64,000 bases of DNA from an uncultured Thiotrichales bacterium (GTDB taxonomy: Bacteria; Pseudomonadota; Gammaproteobacteria; UBA4575). Below are positions 24,927 to 39,751 of the stretch, in pieces; the stretch's first letter is position 1; each line of letters starts with the position of its first letter. The position numbers were made by a program, and so were the translations under genes. Below the pieces are notes generated by a model. That model was not told where the DNA came from and did not search any database. It saw nothing but the letters and a program-made list of their open reading frames with translations. The stretch is from the NCBI GenBank assembly GCA_964636225.1, contig CAZWQM010000005.1, forward strand, positions 40,668 through 104,667, written 5' to 3'.

Positions 24927-26840
24927 ATGCAACACGAATTTGATGTCATAGTAGTGGGCGGGGGACACGCCGGCACAGAAGCAGCACTGGCTTCTGCGCG
25001 CATGGGTGTGCGCACGCTTTTATTGACCCAGAATATCGAAACCATTGGTCAGATGAGTTGCAACCCGGCCATTGGCGGCATTGGCAAGAGTCATTTAGTG
25101 CGTGAAATTGATGCCATGGGGGGCGTCATGGCGACTGCGGCTGACCGAGCGGGCATCCAGTTCAGAGTGTTGAATCAACGCAAAGGCCCGGCAGTACGTG
25201 CAACACGTGCACAAACGGATCGGTCTTTATATCGTCAAGTGATTCGTTCGGTAGTCGAAAACCAGCCAAATCTGTCTGTCTTTCAGCAGGAAGTGGACGA
25301 TCTGATTGTAGAACAGGGTCGGGTCAAGGGAGTTTTGACTCGCATGGGGCTTAGTTTTAAAGCTTCTGCCGTGATACTTACGGTGGGTACATTTCTTGGT
25401 GGAAAAATTTTTGTTGGTCCTCAAACCTATCAGGCGGGGAGAGCTGGAGATGCTGCCTCCATTCGCCTGGCTGATCGGCTGCGAGAACAACCGCTTGATG
25501 TCGATCGGCTGAAAACCGGAACACCGCCGCGCATCGATGGGCGCTCGATTGATTATTCAAAAATGGAAATTCAGCCAGGTGACGAACCACGGCCGGTATT
25601 TTCTTTTATGGGTTCGCGTGATCAACATCCTCAACAAGTGAATTGTCACATCACTTACACCAATTCGAAAAGCCACGACATCATTCGCGATTCGATGCAT
25701 GAGTCGCCTATGTACAGCGGCGCGATAAAAGGAATCGGTCCGCGCTATTGCCCATCTATTGAAGACAAGGTCACTCGATTTGCGGATCGTGAACGCCATC
25801 AGGTATTTATTGAGCCGGAAGGATTACACACTCATGAAGTGTATCCGAATGGTATTTCAACCAGTCTGCCTTATGAAGTGCAATTGAACATGGTGCACAC
25901 TATCGCAGGTTTGGAAAACTGTCATATCACACGTCCTGGCTATGCAATTGAATATGACTTCTTTAATCCAACCGGCTTACAGTCCAGTCTGGAAACAAAG
26001 TCATTAACAGGATTGTTTTTTGCCGGGCAAATTAATGGCACTACAGGATATGAAGAAGCCGCCGCACAGGGTTTAATGGCCGGAATTAATGCAGCACGTG
26101 CAGTACTAAATGAAGAGCCCGTAATACTGCGCCGTGACCAGGCCTATATCGGTGTAATGATTGATGACCTGGTAACTCGCGGAACGCAGGAACCCTACCG
26201 CATGTTTACCAGCCGCGCAGAGTATCGATTAATGCTACGTGAAGATAATGCCGATTTGCGTTTAACGCCGCTGGCTCACGATCTTGGCTTGGTCGACGAA
26301 GTTCGATGGGCGCGCTTTTGCTGGAAACAGGAGGCCATCTTAAAAGAACAAGCCAGACTGGATAAAACTTTCGTTCAGGCGGTTCACTTAACCGAAGAGC
26401 AGGGTATTCGTTTATTTGGCAGTAAAATTGAACGTGAGTACAGTATGTCCAATCTGTTAAAGCGCCCGGAAGTCAGCTACGCAACATTTTCTGGGCTGGA
26501 TAAATATGCGCCTTATATACAAGATGAAGAAGTTATAGAACAAATCAATATTCAGGCGAAATACGCTGGCTATATGCAACGTCAAACGGCGGAAATAGAA
26601 AAAACCAAACGCCTTGAGGATACTCGTATACCGGATAGTTTTGATTATTATCTGGTAAAAGGCTTATCCAATGAGGTGTTGCAAAAACTCACTGCCATAA
26701 AACCCAAAACAGTTAGCCAGGCGTCCAGAATTTCTGGTGTGACACCCGCGGCCGTATCCTTGTTGCTGGTACATTTAAAAGCACGCCATTCGTTGCTTAA
26801 TAATTCCTTTCAGGAATCCAGGGCCGCCCAGGATAGCTGA
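24927..26840 (+). CDS. mnmG: tRNA uridine 5-carboxymethylaminomethyl modification enzyme MnmG (GidA)
   Basis: 637 aa with an FAD-binding N-terminus ([16 protein letters not shown]). Confidence 0.95.
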   Translation: MQHEFDVIVVGGGHAGTEAALASARMGVRTLLLTQNIETIGQMSCNPAIGGIGKSHLVREIDAMGGVMATAADRAGIQFRVLNQRKGPAVRATRAQTDRSLYRQVIRSVVENQPNLSVFQQEVDDLIVEQGRVKGVLTRMGLSFKASAVILTVGTFLGGKIFVGPQTYQAGRAGDAASIRLADRLREQPLDVDRLKTGTPPRIDGRSIDYSKMEIQPGDEPRPVFSFMGSRDQHPQQVNCHITYTNSKSHDIIRDSMHESPMYSGAIKGIGPRYCPSIEDKVTRFADRERHQVFIEPEGLHTHEVYPNGISTSLPYEVQLNMVHTIAGLENCHITRPGYAIEYDFFNPTGLQSSLETKSLTGLFFAGQINGTTGYEEAAAQGLMAGINAARAVLNEEPVILRRDQAYIGVMIDDLVTRGTQEPYRMFTSRAEYRLMLREDNADLRLTPLAHDLGLVDEVRWARFCWKQEAILKEQARLDKTFVQAVHLTEEQGIRLFGSKIEREYSMSNLLKRPEVSYATFSGLDKYAPYIQDEEVIEQINIQAKYAGYMQRQTAEIEKTKRLEDTRIPDSFDYYLVKGLSNEVLQKLTAIKPKTVSQASRISGVTPAAVSLLLVHLKARHSLLNNSFQESRAAQDS

Positions 26841-26871
26841 GCTCTCAGTTGATATAAGCTGCCTGATCTAA

Positions 26872-27489
26872 ATGGAAACTCGCCAATACCTGGATGCCGC
26901 AGCCAGGCAGTTAAATACTCTATTGACGGGAACACAACTGGACAGCCTGCTAAACTATCTTGAAATGATAAAAAAATGGAACCGCGCTTATAATCTTGTT
27001 GGCACATCAAGTACCGATGAATTATTGCAAAAGCATATTCTGGACAGTTTATCGATCATGCAATTCATCCAAATGTCGCCCGTGCTGGATGTCGGCAGTG
27101 GCGCTGGCTTGCCAGGTATTCCTTTAGCTATTGCTTTACCTGACATATCATTCACTTTACTGGATTCAAATGGAAAAAAAGCCCGATTCATGCGCCAGGT
27201 AGCTCTGGAGCTTAAACTAGACAATGTAGAAGTTGTGCAGACACGAGTAGAAAACTATCACCCCGATGCCGCACCCAGGACAGTAATGTCACGCGCGTTT
27301 GCGCCACTTGAAAAAGCCCTGCAAAGCATGACTAGTGTGTGCGCACCACTCGGCCAGGTACTAATCATGCTGGGGACAAAGCCGATACAGCAGCCATCAC
27401 ATAACGCGATTAAGCGTTTGCAAATAAGCTCTATCAATCTTCCGGGGCTGGATTCACAACGTCACCTCTTAATTGCTGACAAAGTATGA
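26872..27489 (+). CDS. rsmG: 16S rRNA (guanine527-N7)-methyltransferase RsmG (GidB)
   Basis: 205 aa SAM methyltransferase (LDVGSGAGLPGIPLAI). Confidence 0.9.
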   Translation: METRQYLDAAARQLNTLLTGTQLDSLLNYLEMIKKWNRAYNLVGTSSTDELLQKHILDSLSIMQFIQMSPVLDVGSGAGLPGIPLAIALPDISFTLLDSNGKKARFMRQVALELKLDNVEVVQTRVENYHPDAAPRTVMSRAFAPLEKALQSMTSVCAPLGQVLIMLGTKPIQQPSHNAIKRLQISSINLPGLDSQRHLLIADKV

Positions 27490-28280
27490 TCAATATGTCC
27501 AGAATGATTGCGATTACGAATCAAAAAGGCGGGGTAGGTAAAACGACGACCACGGTTAACCTGGCAGCATCCCTGGCCGCAGCTAAAAGAAAAGTGTTAC
27601 TTGTGGATCTGGATCCACAGGGAAATGCCACCAGCGGTTCTGGTGTTGACAAGAGTAGTCTGGAGAAAACCGTGGCTCATGTTCTGCTGGAACAGGAAGC
27701 TATTAATGAATGCATCGTCAGCAGTGAAAGTGCGGGATACGATGTACTGCCCGCGAACGAACAATTAACAAGTGCCGAAGTTGGTTTGCTTGAAGCGCGC
27801 GGTAGAGAATTTAAACTGCGTCGAGCACTTGAAGAAGTCAGAAATAAATATGACTACATATTAATTGATAGTCCGCCTTCACTAAACATGCTCACTGTAA
27901 ATGGGTTGGTCGCTGCAAAAAGTGTCATAATTCCTACTCAATGTGAGTACTATGCATTGGAAGGCTTGTCTGCCTTGCTGGGAACAATTGAGAGAGTGAG
28001 ACAAACCGCGAATCCCGAACTACAGGTCGAAGGCGTGCTGCGAACCATGTTTGATCCACGAAATAACCTTGCCAACGATGTATCGTCTCAACTAACCAGT
28101 CATTTTGGTGACAGTGTTTATCGTACAATTATTCCCCGAAACGTCACTTTGGCAGAAGCCCCAAGTCACGGACTACCTGTGATTCGATATGATAAAGGTT
28201 CGCGAGGTTCTCTTGCATATATCGCTTTGGCCGGAGAAATGCTGAGACGGGAAGAAGCAGCGATGCAGCCAGGAGCATAA
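27486..28280 (+). CDS. parA: Chromosome partitioning ATPase ParA/Soj
   Basis: 264 aa with Walker A KGGVGKTT. It is upstream of parB in the gidAB-parAB arrangement. Confidence 0.9.
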   Translation: MINMSRMIAITNQKGGVGKTTTTVNLAASLAAAKRKVLLVDLDPQGNATSGSGVDKSSLEKTVAHVLLEQEAINECIVSSESAGYDVLPANEQLTSAEVGLLEARGREFKLRRALEEVRNKYDYILIDSPPSLNMLTVNGLVAAKSVIIPTQCEYYALEGLSALLGTIERVRQTANPELQVEGVLRTMFDPRNNLANDVSSQLTSHFGDSVYRTIIPRNVTLAEAPSHGLPVIRYDKGSRGSLAYIALAGEMLRREEAAMQPGA

Positions 28281-28284
28281 AATA

Positions 28285-29178
28285 ATGAGTGGTCAAAAAA
28301 AGCGTAAAGGACTGGGAAATCTGGGGGTCGATATACTTTTATCTACCCCTGTTGATGCTGTTCCGAGCAAACAATCTACCCAGACTGATTCGGAGTTACA
28401 GTATATCGCTGTCGACCTGGTTGATAGAAGCCCCTATCAACCGCGTCAGACTATCACCGAAGAAGGAATTAGCGAGTTAGCGGAGTCGATACGTAGTCAA
28501 GGGTTGATTCAGCCCATAGTGGTACGCAAAACGGCGCATCGATTTGAGCTGATCGCCGGCGAAAGACGCTGGCGAGCTGCGCAAAAGGCCGGTCTTGATG
28601 AGATTCCGGCAGTAATCAAAGAAGTCAACGATGAATCGGCTGCCGCCATGGCCTTGATAGAGAATCTGCAGCGTGAGAATCTGAATCCTATCGAAGAGGC
28701 ATTTGCGATTTCCAACCTGACCAAAGAATTTAACTGGACCCATCAGGAAGTGGCCGATGTACTTGGTAAAGCACGTGCCACCATCAGTAATATGTTGCGG
28801 CTACTGGAGTTGCCCAGTGAAGCGCGCGAATTAATTAAACAAAATACACTTTCTATGGGGCACGCACGTGCATTGCTTGCCCTGCCACAAAATCAGCAGA
28901 ATGCTATGGCTCAAAGCGTTGTGGCAAAAAACTTGAGTGTTCGACAAACTGAACAGGCGATTCGCAAAATACTTAGCGAAGCAGGCCGGCATGTGGCCGT
29001 GCCAAGAAAAGACCCCAACATCCAAAATTTGGAAAATCTTATTGCTGACACACTTGGCGCCGCGGTTACCATCAAACAAAGCGCGCAATCAAATAAAGGC
29101 AGAATTGAGATTCAATACAACAATCTGGATGAACTCGATGGCATATTGCGCAAACTTGGTGCGCAAACCAGCCTCTAA
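28285..29178 (+). CDS. parB: Chromosome partitioning protein ParB
   Basis: 297 aa with a ParB box (GERRWRAAQ) and a helix-turn-helix. Confidence 0.9.
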   Translation: MSGQKKRKGLGNLGVDILLSTPVDAVPSKQSTQTDSELQYIAVDLVDRSPYQPRQTITEEGISELAESIRSQGLIQPIVVRKTAHRFELIAGERRWRAAQKAGLDEIPAVIKEVNDESAAAMALIENLQRENLNPIEEAFAISNLTKEFNWTHQEVADVLGKARATISNMLRLLELPSEARELIKQNTLSMGHARALLALPQNQQNAMAQSVVAKNLSVRQTEQAIRKILSEAGRHVAVPRKDPNIQNLENLIADTLGAAVTIKQSAQSNKGRIEIQYNNLDELDGILRKLGAQTSL

Positions 29179-29232
29179 ATGCGTTAAACCCGTGCATTAA
29201 TTTGGCTGCTTAATATTATTGATGTGCACATG

Positions 29233-29261
29233 TTGAGATTTTATGCGTCAGCGCTTATACT
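29233..29261 (+). promoter_or_regulatory. Sigma-70-type promoter for the atp operon (TTGAGA-N17-TATACT)
   Basis: TTGAGA at 29233-29238 and TATACT at 29256-29261 with a 17-nt spacer. It is about 100 bp upstream of atpI. A perfect 10-bp palindrome ATGTGCACAT (29222-29231) abuts the -35 element. Confidence 0.4.
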
Positions 29262-29365
29262 CCGCGCCGCGAGCAAATTTCGTTTGTAGTTGATGGGCTT
29301 AAGCGCATCACAAAAGAATAATTCACTACAGACGCAAGAGAGCATCAAAATTCACTGGGAACTGC

Positions 29366-29758
29366 TTGAATAGGTTAAACAAGTTGACGGGCAGGCGGTC
29401 GCTGGTAAGTAAAATAATAATCACCCAGGTAATCGTCAGCTGTGTATTTGCGCTATGTATGAGCTACCAGGGAATGCTGGTCGCGTTTTCAGCGGTGCTT
29501 GGAGGGTTTATTTGTGTCATCCCAAATTTTTATTTGGCACGCAAATTACTCGCTAAAAAAACTGCCGATGTAAATCAGCTAAGAAATACTCTGTATGCAG
29601 CAGAAATTGGCAAAATTATATTGACTGCATCACTTTTTGCAGGAGTATTTGCGACTCAGGAATGGATACATCCAGTAGCACTGCTGGCTGGGTTTGGATT
29701 GGTGCAACTAACTCACTGGCTAACTCCGGTAGTTATGTCGGCTATAAACAAAAATTAG
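29366..29758 (+). CDS. atpI: ATP synthase protein I
   Basis: 130 aa small hydrophobic protein at the head of the atp operon. Confidence 0.7.
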   Translation: MNRLNKLTGRRSLVSKIIITQVIVSCVFALCMSYQGMLVAFSAVLGGFICVIPNFYLARKLLAKKTADVNQLRNTLYAAEIGKIILTASLFAGVFATQEWIHPVALLAGFGLVQLTHWLTPVVMSAINKN

Positions 29759-30631
<873 letters not shown>

Positions 30632-30662
30632 TCGAATCTTAATTAAACATCAACATAAGTAG

Positions 30663-30908
<246 letters not shown>

Positions 30909-30954
30909 GGCTGAGTGTAAGACCTGTAAGTTTATAAACGAATGAGGTGTTAAG

Positions 30955-31425
30955 GTGAATATAAACGCCACCCTGATAGGACAATCAATTGCTTTCTTAG
31001 TGTTTGTTTGGTTCTGCATGAAGTTTGTTTGGCCGCCGATTACGGGAGCGTTAGCTGAACGTAAAAAGAAAATCGCGGAAGGTCTAGAGGCTGCAGAGCG
31101 AGGATTGCAGTCACAAGAACAAGCGCAAGCTCAGGTGCAGATTCAAATAACAGAAGCAAAGCAGAAGGCGTCTGAAATAATCAATCAAGCACAAAAACGT
31201 GCTAATGAGATTGTTGAAGAAGCCAAAGGTACGGCAACACAAGAAGGCGCGCGCATTAAAGCCGCGGCGCACTCTGATATCGAAAAAGAAATTAACCGAG
31301 CTAAAGAACAGCTGCGTTCTCAAGTATCGGCGCTGGCAATTGCCGGCGCAGAAAAGGTGCTAAATAAAGAAATCAATGCAGACGCTCATCGAGCGGTGCT
31401 TGATGATCTTGCGGCACAAATTTAA
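30955..31425 (+). CDS. atpF: F0F1 ATP synthase subunit b
   Basis: 156 aa with an N-terminal transmembrane segment and a long helix. GTG start. Confidence 0.9.
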   Translation: MNINATLIGQSIAFLVFVWFCMKFVWPPITGALAERKKKIAEGLEAAERGLQSQEQAQAQVQIQITEAKQKASEIINQAQKRANEIVEEAKGTATQEGARIKAAAHSDIEKEINRAKEQLRSQVSALAIAGAEKVLNKEINADAHRAVLDDLAAQI

Positions 31426-31434
31426 GGAAATCCG

Positions 31435-31971
31435 GTGTCAGAATTAATTACTGCAGCACGACCGTACGCAAGAGCAGCCTTCGCATACGCATCTGATAAT
31501 AGTGCGGTAACAGAGTGGGCAGAGATGTTAAGTTTTTGTGCAGCTGTTGCTGAAGATGCAACAATGAAAGCTGCATTAGATCAACCCACACTTAATCGTC
31601 AGCAGAAAGGCGATTTATTTAACCAAGTGTGCGTCGATAAATTAAATGATCAAGGTAAAAATTTTATCAAAATGCTGGCTGAAAATGATCGTATTGCTTT
31701 ATTGCCTGATATTGCTGTGCTCTTTCATCACTATCAGTCAGATGCTGAAGGTGTGATTGATGCTGAACTTATCAGTGCATTAGACGTTAGTGATCAGCAA
31801 GTACAAGCCATTGCAGCATCCTTAACGAAACGTCTTGGAAAGAAAGTCTCGCTAACAACAAAAATTGATGGATCACTTATAGGTGGTGCAGTAATACGTG
31901 CCGGTGACATGGTAATTGATGGATCAGTACGTGGACGTTTAGAAAAATTATCCAGCGCCCTTAGTAATTAA
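31435..31971 (+). CDS. atpH: F0F1 ATP synthase subunit delta
   Basis: 178 aa, in the conserved operon position. Confidence 0.9.
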   Translation: MSELITAARPYARAAFAYASDNSAVTEWAEMLSFCAAVAEDATMKAALDQPTLNRQQKGDLFNQVCVDKLNDQGKNFIKMLAENDRIALLPDIAVLFHHYQSDAEGVIDAELISALDVSDQQVQAIAASLTKRLGKKVSLTTKIDGSLIGGAVIRAGDMVIDGSVRGRLEKLSSALSN

Positions 31972-32008
31972 AGAATTTAGATTAATATAGAGTTCAAGAG
32001 GAATTCAT

Positions 32009-33550
32009 ATGCAACTCAACCCAACAGAAATAACAAGCTTAATCAAACAACGTATTGACAAGTTTGAAGCTGCGTCAGAAGCGCGAACAGAAGGAACCGT
32101 GGTCGGTGTGACTGATGGTATTGTTAGAATTCACGGGCTGGCCGATGTGGTCTCTGGTGAAATGATCGAGTTCCAGGGCAACATTTTTGGAATGGCGTTG
32201 AACCTGGAGCGTGATTCTGTTGGTGCGGTAGTCCTTGGCGATTACAAATCTATTTCTGAAGGTGACAAGGTTAAATGTACAGGTAACATTTTAGAAGTTC
32301 CAACTGGCCCAGAACTATTGGGCAGGGTAGTCAACTCACTAGGTGAGCCAATTGATGGCAAAGGCCCAATCAACGCAACACTTTCCTCGCCAATTGAAAA
32401 GATTGCGCCTGGCGTGATTGAACGTAAATCCGTAGACCAGCCTGTACAAACAGGTTTGAAATCAATTGACGCGATGGTACCCATTGGTCGTGGTCAGCGT
32501 GAGTTAATTATTGGTGACCGTCAAACAGGTAAGACAGCCGTTGCGCTGGATGCCATCATTAACCAAAAAGGTACCGGTGTTAAATGTATCTATGTTGCTA
32601 TTGGTCAAAAGAACTCATCGGTAGCAAACGTTGTACGTAAGCTGGAAGAGCATGGCGCAATGGAACATACCATTGTTGTATCAGCTGCCGCAGCGGAATC
32701 CGCAGCCATGCAATATATTGCGCCTTACTCAGGATGCACAATGGGCGAATACTTCCGCGACCGTGGTGAAGATGCGCTAATTATTTACGATGATTTATCC
32801 AAGCAGGCAGTTGCATATAGACAAGTTTCACTTCTATTACGTCGTCCACCAGGCCGTGAAGCATATCCCGGCGATGTATTCTATTTGCACTCAAGATTGC
32901 TAGAGAGAGCTTCTCGTGTAAATGAGGAATATGTGGAAGCGTTTACTAATGGAGAAGTTAAAGGCAAGACGGGTTCATTAACCGCGTTACCTATAATTGA
33001 AACACAGGCCGGTGACGTATCTGCATTCGTACCGACCAACGTAATTTCAATTACTGACGGACAGATATTTCTTGAATCTAATTTGTTTAATGCAGGATTC
33101 CGTCCGGCTATCAACGCGGGTCTTTCAGTATCACGTGTGGGTGGTGCAGCTCAGACTAAGATCATCAAGAAATTGGGCGGCGGTGTGCGTTTGGCGTTGG
33201 CACAATATCGTGAGTTGGCCGCATTCTCACAGTTTGCTTCCGATCTTGATGAGCAGACAAGAAAGCAACTGGAACGAGGTGAACGAGTAATGGAGCTAAT
33301 GAAACAAGCTCAATACTCGCCATTGTCTGTAGGTGAAATGGCAGTATCTCTGTACGCCGCTGATAAAGGTTACATAGATGATGTGCCAAAGAACAAAGTA
33401 GTGGCCTTTGAATCTGCATTACATAATTATTTGCGTTCAAGTCAGAAAGATCTGTTAGATAAGATTAATCAAACCGGTGACTATAACGATCAAATAGAGG
33501 CGAGTATTAAAGCCGCAGTCGAAGCCTTTAAAGCAAATAATGTCTGGTAA
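32009..33550 (+). CDS. atpA: F0F1 ATP synthase subunit alpha
   Basis: 513 aa with the P-loop GDRQTGKT. Confidence 0.97.
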   Translation: MQLNPTEITSLIKQRIDKFEAASEARTEGTVVGVTDGIVRIHGLADVVSGEMIEFQGNIFGMALNLERDSVGAVVLGDYKSISEGDKVKCTGNILEVPTGPELLGRVVNSLGEPIDGKGPINATLSSPIEKIAPGVIERKSVDQPVQTGLKSIDAMVPIGRGQRELIIGDRQTGKTAVALDAIINQKGTGVKCIYVAIGQKNSSVANVVRKLEEHGAMEHTIVVSAAAAESAAMQYIAPYSGCTMGEYFRDRGEDALIIYDDLSKQAVAYRQVSLLLRRPPGREAYPGDVFYLHSRLLERASRVNEEYVEAFTNGEVKGKTGSLTALPIIETQAGDVSAFVPTNVISITDGQIFLESNLFNAGFRPAINAGLSVSRVGGAAQTKIIKKLGGGVRLALAQYRELAAFSQFASDLDEQTRKQLERGERVMELMKQAQYSPLSVGEMAVSLYAADKGYIDDVPKNKVVAFESALHNYLRSSQKDLLDKINQTGDYNDQIEASIKAAVEAFKANNVW

Positions 33551-33555
33551 GTAAT

Positions 33556-34422
33556 ATGTCTGGCGCGAAACAAATACGAACCCAGATTGCGAGTATTAAG
33601 AATACTCAAAAAATCACAAAAGCAATGGAAATGGTAGCAGCGAGTAAAATGCGCAAAGCGCAAGATCGCATGAATGCCACACGTCCATATGCCATTAAAA
33701 TTAAACAGGTAATTAGTCATCTAGCATCTGCACATTCAGAATATAAGCACCCGTATATGACGGAACGTGAAAATGTGAAGCGCGCCGGCATTATTATTAT
33801 TTCTACTGATCGGGGTCTCTGCGGTGGTTTAAATATAAACCTGTTTAAGGCCGTGCTTAAATTAGTTAAACAATATCATGATCAAAATGTAGAGATCGAT
33901 CTTAGTATCGTTGGCTCTAAAGGTATGGCATTTTTTAGGCGCATAAAAGGACTTAATGTTGTGTCGCATGTAAATAACATTGGCGATACAGTGCACATGA
34001 ATGAAATTATTGGTCCGATTAAAGTCATGCTGGATGCCTATTGTGAAGGCGCCATTGACCGTTTGCACCTGGTCGAGAATGAATTTGTAAACACCATGAC
34101 TCAGTCAGCACGAGAATCTACACTTCTGCCATTGCCTAAAGAGGAAGAACAAGTACGAGAGCATCACTGGGATTACATCTACGAACCTGATGCTAAAGAT
34201 GTACTTGACTCTTTATTAGTTCGATATATTGAATCTATTGTCTATCGTGCAGTAGTAGAAAACGTTGCTTGTGAAATGTCAGCACGGATGATCGCTATGA
34301 AAAGTGCATCTGATAATGCAGGTAATCTTATTGATGATCTACAGCTTGTCTATAACAAAGCCCGTCAGGCATCAATTACTCAAGAATTGTCAGAAATCGT
34401 CGGTGGTGCTGCTGCGGTATAG
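33556..34422 (+). CDS. atpG: F0F1 ATP synthase subunit gamma
   Basis: 288 aa. Confidence 0.95.
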   Translation: MSGAKQIRTQIASIKNTQKITKAMEMVAASKMRKAQDRMNATRPYAIKIKQVISHLASAHSEYKHPYMTERENVKRAGIIIISTDRGLCGGLNINLFKAVLKLVKQYHDQNVEIDLSIVGSKGMAFFRRIKGLNVVSHVNNIGDTVHMNEIIGPIKVMLDAYCEGAIDRLHLVENEFVNTMTQSARESTLLPLPKEEEQVREHHWDYIYEPDAKDVLDSLLVRYIESIVYRAVVENVACEMSARMIAMKSASDNAGNLIDDLQLVYNKARQASITQELSEIVGGAAAV

Positions 34423-34464
34423 CTGTAAAGAATTTGTAGTTAAGAATATTTAAGATTGAAGTAA

Positions 34465-35853
<1,389 letters not shown>

Positions 35854-35865
35854 AATCAAACGCTT

Positions 35866-36282
35866 ATGTCAAATACAATGCAATTAGACATCGTTAGTGC
35901 TGAAACAGAAATTTTCTCTGGAACAGTTAACGCGGTGTTTGCTCCCGCCATCATCGGTGATGTCGGTATCTACCCACAACATACGCCTCTGGTAACCCGG
36001 TTAAAACCCGGGGAACTGAAGATTGAGGTGGATGGGGAAGAAGATCACTATATCTATGTGTCAGGAGGAATGCTGGAAGTGCAGCCGGATGTTGTGACAG
36101 TGCTTTCTGATACCGCAATTCGAGCCGAAGATCTTGATGAAAACATGGCCATGGAGGCTAAACAAAAAGCGGAAGAAATGCTAAGTGATAAACAATCTGA
36201 AATCGACAGTGCGCGTGCATTGGCAGAATTGGCAGAAGCTGCAGCCCAATTACGCATGATTGAAAAACTTCGCAAAGGCTAG
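35866..36282 (+). CDS. atpC: F0F1 ATP synthase subunit epsilon
   Basis: 138 aa. Confidence 0.93.
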   Translation: MSNTMQLDIVSAETEIFSGTVNAVFAPAIIGDVGIYPQHTPLVTRLKPGELKIEVDGEEDHYIYVSGGMLEVQPDVVTVLSDTAIRAEDLDENMAMEAKQKAEEMLSDKQSEIDSARALAELAEAAAQLRMIEKLRKG

Positions 36283-36342
36283 TCTCACCCACCTAAATAT
36301 TTAATAGGTTCAAAGCTTTTTAAAGATAGATAGAACATAAAG

Positions 36343-36366
36343 GCAGCCAAATGGCTGCTTTTTTCA
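36343..36366 (+). terminator. Rho-independent terminator after the atp operon
   Basis: GCAGCC-aaat-GGCTGC hairpin (36343-36358) followed by TTTTTTC. Confidence 0.6.
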
Positions 36367-36447
36367 TTTCTATGTAAACGTAACTAGTTCAAAATACGGA
36401 CTAGAAAAATAGTGTAACCTTTTCTATCTCAATGAATTAAAGAATCT

Positions 36448-37821
36448 ATGTCTCTAAACGTCGTAATATTAGCCGCCGGTCAGGGTACCCGCATGAAAAG
36501 CAAGTTACCCAAAGTGCTGCATCAGGTTGGGGGTAAATCCATGCTTGCGCATACTATCAGCACGGCTGAAAAGCTGGGCGCAAACCGAGTCATCGTAATT
36601 TATGGTCACGACGGAGATTTGGTTCGAGCTACCCTTGAGGATGCAAAAGTGGAATGGGTGGAACAAGCAGAAAGGTTGGGTACGGGACATGCGGTGCAAC
36701 AGGCTATTCCACATTTTGATACGGGAAATAATAGCCAGGTTCTGGTGTTATATGGCGATGTGCCGTTAGTCAGTGAAGAGACATTAAGATCGCTTATCAT
36801 GCAACAGCCGAAACAGTCTATGGCGATCCTGACTACACGGCTTGGGAACCCACTGGGTTATGGACGTATTGTTCGCGAAGAAAAAGGAATAGTTAAAAAG
36901 ATAGTTGAAGAAAAAGACGCTACGGATGAAATTAAAAAAATAGATGAAATAAATACAGGTATATTGTGTGCCGAATCAGAAAGTCTAATTCGTTGGCTAG
37001 GCAAGCTCGATAACAACAATCAACAGCAGGAATATTATTTAACAGATTGCGTGGGTTTGGCGGTAGCAGAAGGAAAAATAGTTGAAGCGATTATATGTAA
37101 AGATCCCAGTGAAGTGATGGGTGTCAATAGCCGTATAAACCTAGCAGAGATGGAAAAAGTATTTCAGTCAAGGCTGCGCGAGGAATTGATGACAAATGGG
37201 GTTACCCTGAAGGACCCCGAAAGCCTGTATATAGAAGGTAAGCCTGAAACAGGTAGTGACATTACCATAGAACCGAATGTGATGTTACGGGGAAATGTCA
37301 AAATCGGTGATGACGTCACAATTGGTATGAATAGTGTGATCATTAATAGTGTGATTGAGTCTGGAACGGTAATACATCCTAATTCTGTGATAGAAGATTC
37401 AAAAATTGGTGAGAATTGTGAAATAGGTCCTTTTGCTCGCGTGCGTCCCAATACAGAAATAGCCAGTAAAGTAAAGTTGGGTAACTTTGTAGAAGTCAAG
37501 AAGTCTACGATAGCAAGTGGCAGTAAAGTGAATCATCTAAGTTATATTGGGGATGCTCAAATAGGTGAACAAACCAATATAGGAGCAGGTACAATTTGTT
37601 GTAACTATGATGGGGTTAATAAACACCAAACTATTATTGGCAACAATGTATTTATAGGCTCAGATACCCAGCTAATAGCACCAGTAAAAATAAATGATGG
37701 TGCAACGATTGGTGCAGGCTCAACCATAACAAGAGATGTTCCCGCACAAAAGCTAACACTATCTCGTAGTAAACAAACGACGATAAAAAACTGGAAGCGC
37801 CCTGTTAAACAAAGTAAATAA
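36448..37821 (+). CDS. glmU: Bifunctional UDP-N-acetylglucosamine pyrophosphorylase / glucosamine-1-phosphate N-acetyltransferase
   Basis: 457 aa with an N-terminal nucleotidyltransferase ([11 protein letters not shown]) and C-terminal hexapeptide repeats. Confidence 0.93.
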   Translation: MSLNVVILAAGQGTRMKSKLPKVLHQVGGKSMLAHTISTAEKLGANRVIVIYGHDGDLVRATLEDAKVEWVEQAERLGTGHAVQQAIPHFDTGNNSQVLVLYGDVPLVSEETLRSLIMQQPKQSMAILTTRLGNPLGYGRIVREEKGIVKKIVEEKDATDEIKKIDEINTGILCAESESLIRWLGKLDNNNQQQEYYLTDCVGLAVAEGKIVEAIICKDPSEVMGVNSRINLAEMEKVFQSRLREELMTNGVTLKDPESLYIEGKPETGSDITIEPNVMLRGNVKIGDDVTIGMNSVIINSVIESGTVIHPNSVIEDSKIGENCEIGPFARVRPNTEIASKVKLGNFVEVKKSTIASGSKVNHLSYIGDAQIGEQTNIGAGTICCNYDGVNKHQTIIGNNVFIGSDTQLIAPVKINDGATIGAGSTITRDVPAQKLTLSRSKQTTIKNWKRPVKQSK

Positions 37822-37844
37822 AAGGAAGTGAGGAGACTTTCGCT

Positions 37845-39674
37845 ATGTGTGGAATCGTAGGTGCAATCTCACAAAGAGATATATCAGGGATATTGCTGGA
37901 AGGTTTAAAACGACTAGAGTATCGAGGTTATGATTCTGCCGGTATGGCAGTATTAAATAAAGGTTTGCTGGAACGTATAAGACGTCAAGGTAAAGTCTCT
38001 GAATTGGGAGATGCCTTACAGGCATCTAAACTTTCCGGAATAGTTGGAATTGCGCATACGCGTTGGGCTACACATGGTGTGCCATCAGAATATAATGCGC
38101 ATCCACATATTTGTAAAGGTCGTGTGGCGATTGTCCATAATGGAATAATAGAAAATTATCAGGAACTGCGTGAGATGCAGTCCAAAGCCGGTTTTAAGTT
38201 CACTTCAGATACAGATACAGAGGTGATTGCGCACCAGATTGTTTTGTATCTTGAAAAGGGCGATTCTTTATTTTTTGCCGTGCAAAACGCTGTTAAAGAT
38301 TTAAAAGGTGCGTATGCCCTGGGCGTAATTGACAGAACGGATGAAGAAAGAATCATCGCTGCCCGCAGTGGAAGTCCGTTGGTTATTGGTGTCGGAGAAA
38401 ATGAAAACTTTATTGCTTCCGACGTTCATGCCCTATTAAAAGAGACACAGAAATTTATTTATCTGGAAAATGGTGATATAGCCGAAATTACACACGATAA
38501 AATATCTATATTTGATCTTAATGGTCAGTTTGTCGAAAGAGAAATCAAGGTCAGCAAACAAAGTTCAGATGCCGCCGAGAAAGGTGAGTATGCGCACTAC
38601 ATGCTCAAAGAAATTTATGAGCAGCCTCGTGCGATCGCAGATACACTGGAAGGACGAGTGTTAAATGGCCGTGTTATGGATGAAATTCTTGGTCCTAAAG
38701 CAAAGTCCATTCTAGACAGCACTCAATCCATCCAAATTATTGCATGTGGAACAAGTTACCATGCCGGGTTGGTAGCAAAATACTGGTTTGAAGAAATAGC
38801 TGGTATTCACTGCCATGTCGAGGTTGCCAGTGAATTTCGTTATCGCAAACATGTTGTTAGACCGGGAACTTTGTTTGTAACGATTTCCCAGTCAGGCGAA
38901 ACAGCGGACAGTCTGGCCGCATTACAGCAGTCGAGTTCTGAAAATTATGTCGGATCATTAGTGATTTGTAACGTGCCTGAGAGCTCACTAGTTAGAGAAT
39001 CCGATTTGGCGTTGATGACACATGCGGGTCCTGAAATTGGTGTGGCATCCACCAAAGCATTTACCACCCAACTGGTTGCGTTGATGATGCTGGTCATATT
39101 AGTAGGTCGACGAAATGGTCTTCATCCCGAAATGGAAAAAATTCTGGTAGAACAACTCTTAAATCTGCCAGTACGCATTAATAAAGCGCTTTCACTTAAT
39201 GAGCCAATCAAAAAGCTGGCACAACTTTATAAAGATAAGCAACATGCGCTGTTTTTAGGTCGTGGATCTCATCATCCGATTGCGATGGAAGGTGCATTGA
39301 AGCTAAAAGAAATATCGTATATTCATGCCGAGGCTTATGCAGCCGGTGAACTTAAGCATGGACCTATTGCACTGGTTGACAAAAATATGCCCGTGATTAC
39401 TGTGGCGCCAAAAAACGAGTTGTTGGAAAAACTAAAGTCAAATATAGAAGAAGTGCGAGCACGAGGTGGTGAATTACATGTGTTTGCAGATATGGGTTGT
39501 GCATTCAAAGCCGAAAGTGGTATGCAGTTGATTGAACTGGATGCGCCTGAAAATGCGGTGGCACCTATTATCTTTACCATCCCTTTACAATTGCTTGCTT
39601 ATCACGTGGCTGTGCTTAAAGGTACTGATGTGGATCAACCGAGAAATCTTGCCAAATCTGTCACAGTCGAGTGA
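37845..39674 (+). CDS. glmS: Glutamine--fructose-6-phosphate aminotransferase
   Basis: 609 aa with an N-terminal MCGIVG, two SIS domains and a C-terminal VE. Confidence 0.95.
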   Translation: MCGIVGAISQRDISGILLEGLKRLEYRGYDSAGMAVLNKGLLERIRRQGKVSELGDALQASKLSGIVGIAHTRWATHGVPSEYNAHPHICKGRVAIVHNGIIENYQELREMQSKAGFKFTSDTDTEVIAHQIVLYLEKGDSLFFAVQNAVKDLKGAYALGVIDRTDEERIIAARSGSPLVIGVGENENFIASDVHALLKETQKFIYLENGDIAEITHDKISIFDLNGQFVEREIKVSKQSSDAAEKGEYAHYMLKEIYEQPRAIADTLEGRVLNGRVMDEILGPKAKSILDSTQSIQIIACGTSYHAGLVAKYWFEEIAGIHCHVEVASEFRYRKHVVRPGTLFVTISQSGETADSLAALQQSSSENYVGSLVICNVPESSLVRESDLALMTHAGPEIGVASTKAFTTQLVALMMLVILVGRRNGLHPEMEKILVEQLLNLPVRINKALSLNEPIKKLAQLYKDKQHALFLGRGSHHPIAMEGALKLKEISYIHAEAYAAGELKHGPIALVDKNMPVITVAPKNELLEKLKSNIEEVRARGGELHVFADMGCAFKAESGMQLIELDAPENAVAPIIFTIPLQLLAYHVAVLKGTDVDQPRNLAKSVTVE

Positions 39675-39751
39675 TTCTACCAGTTTACATTTGATTTATT
39701 CGCTCAACCTCTAATGAAAAATTTTTAACCAGACAAGAAAGCGATAAACAT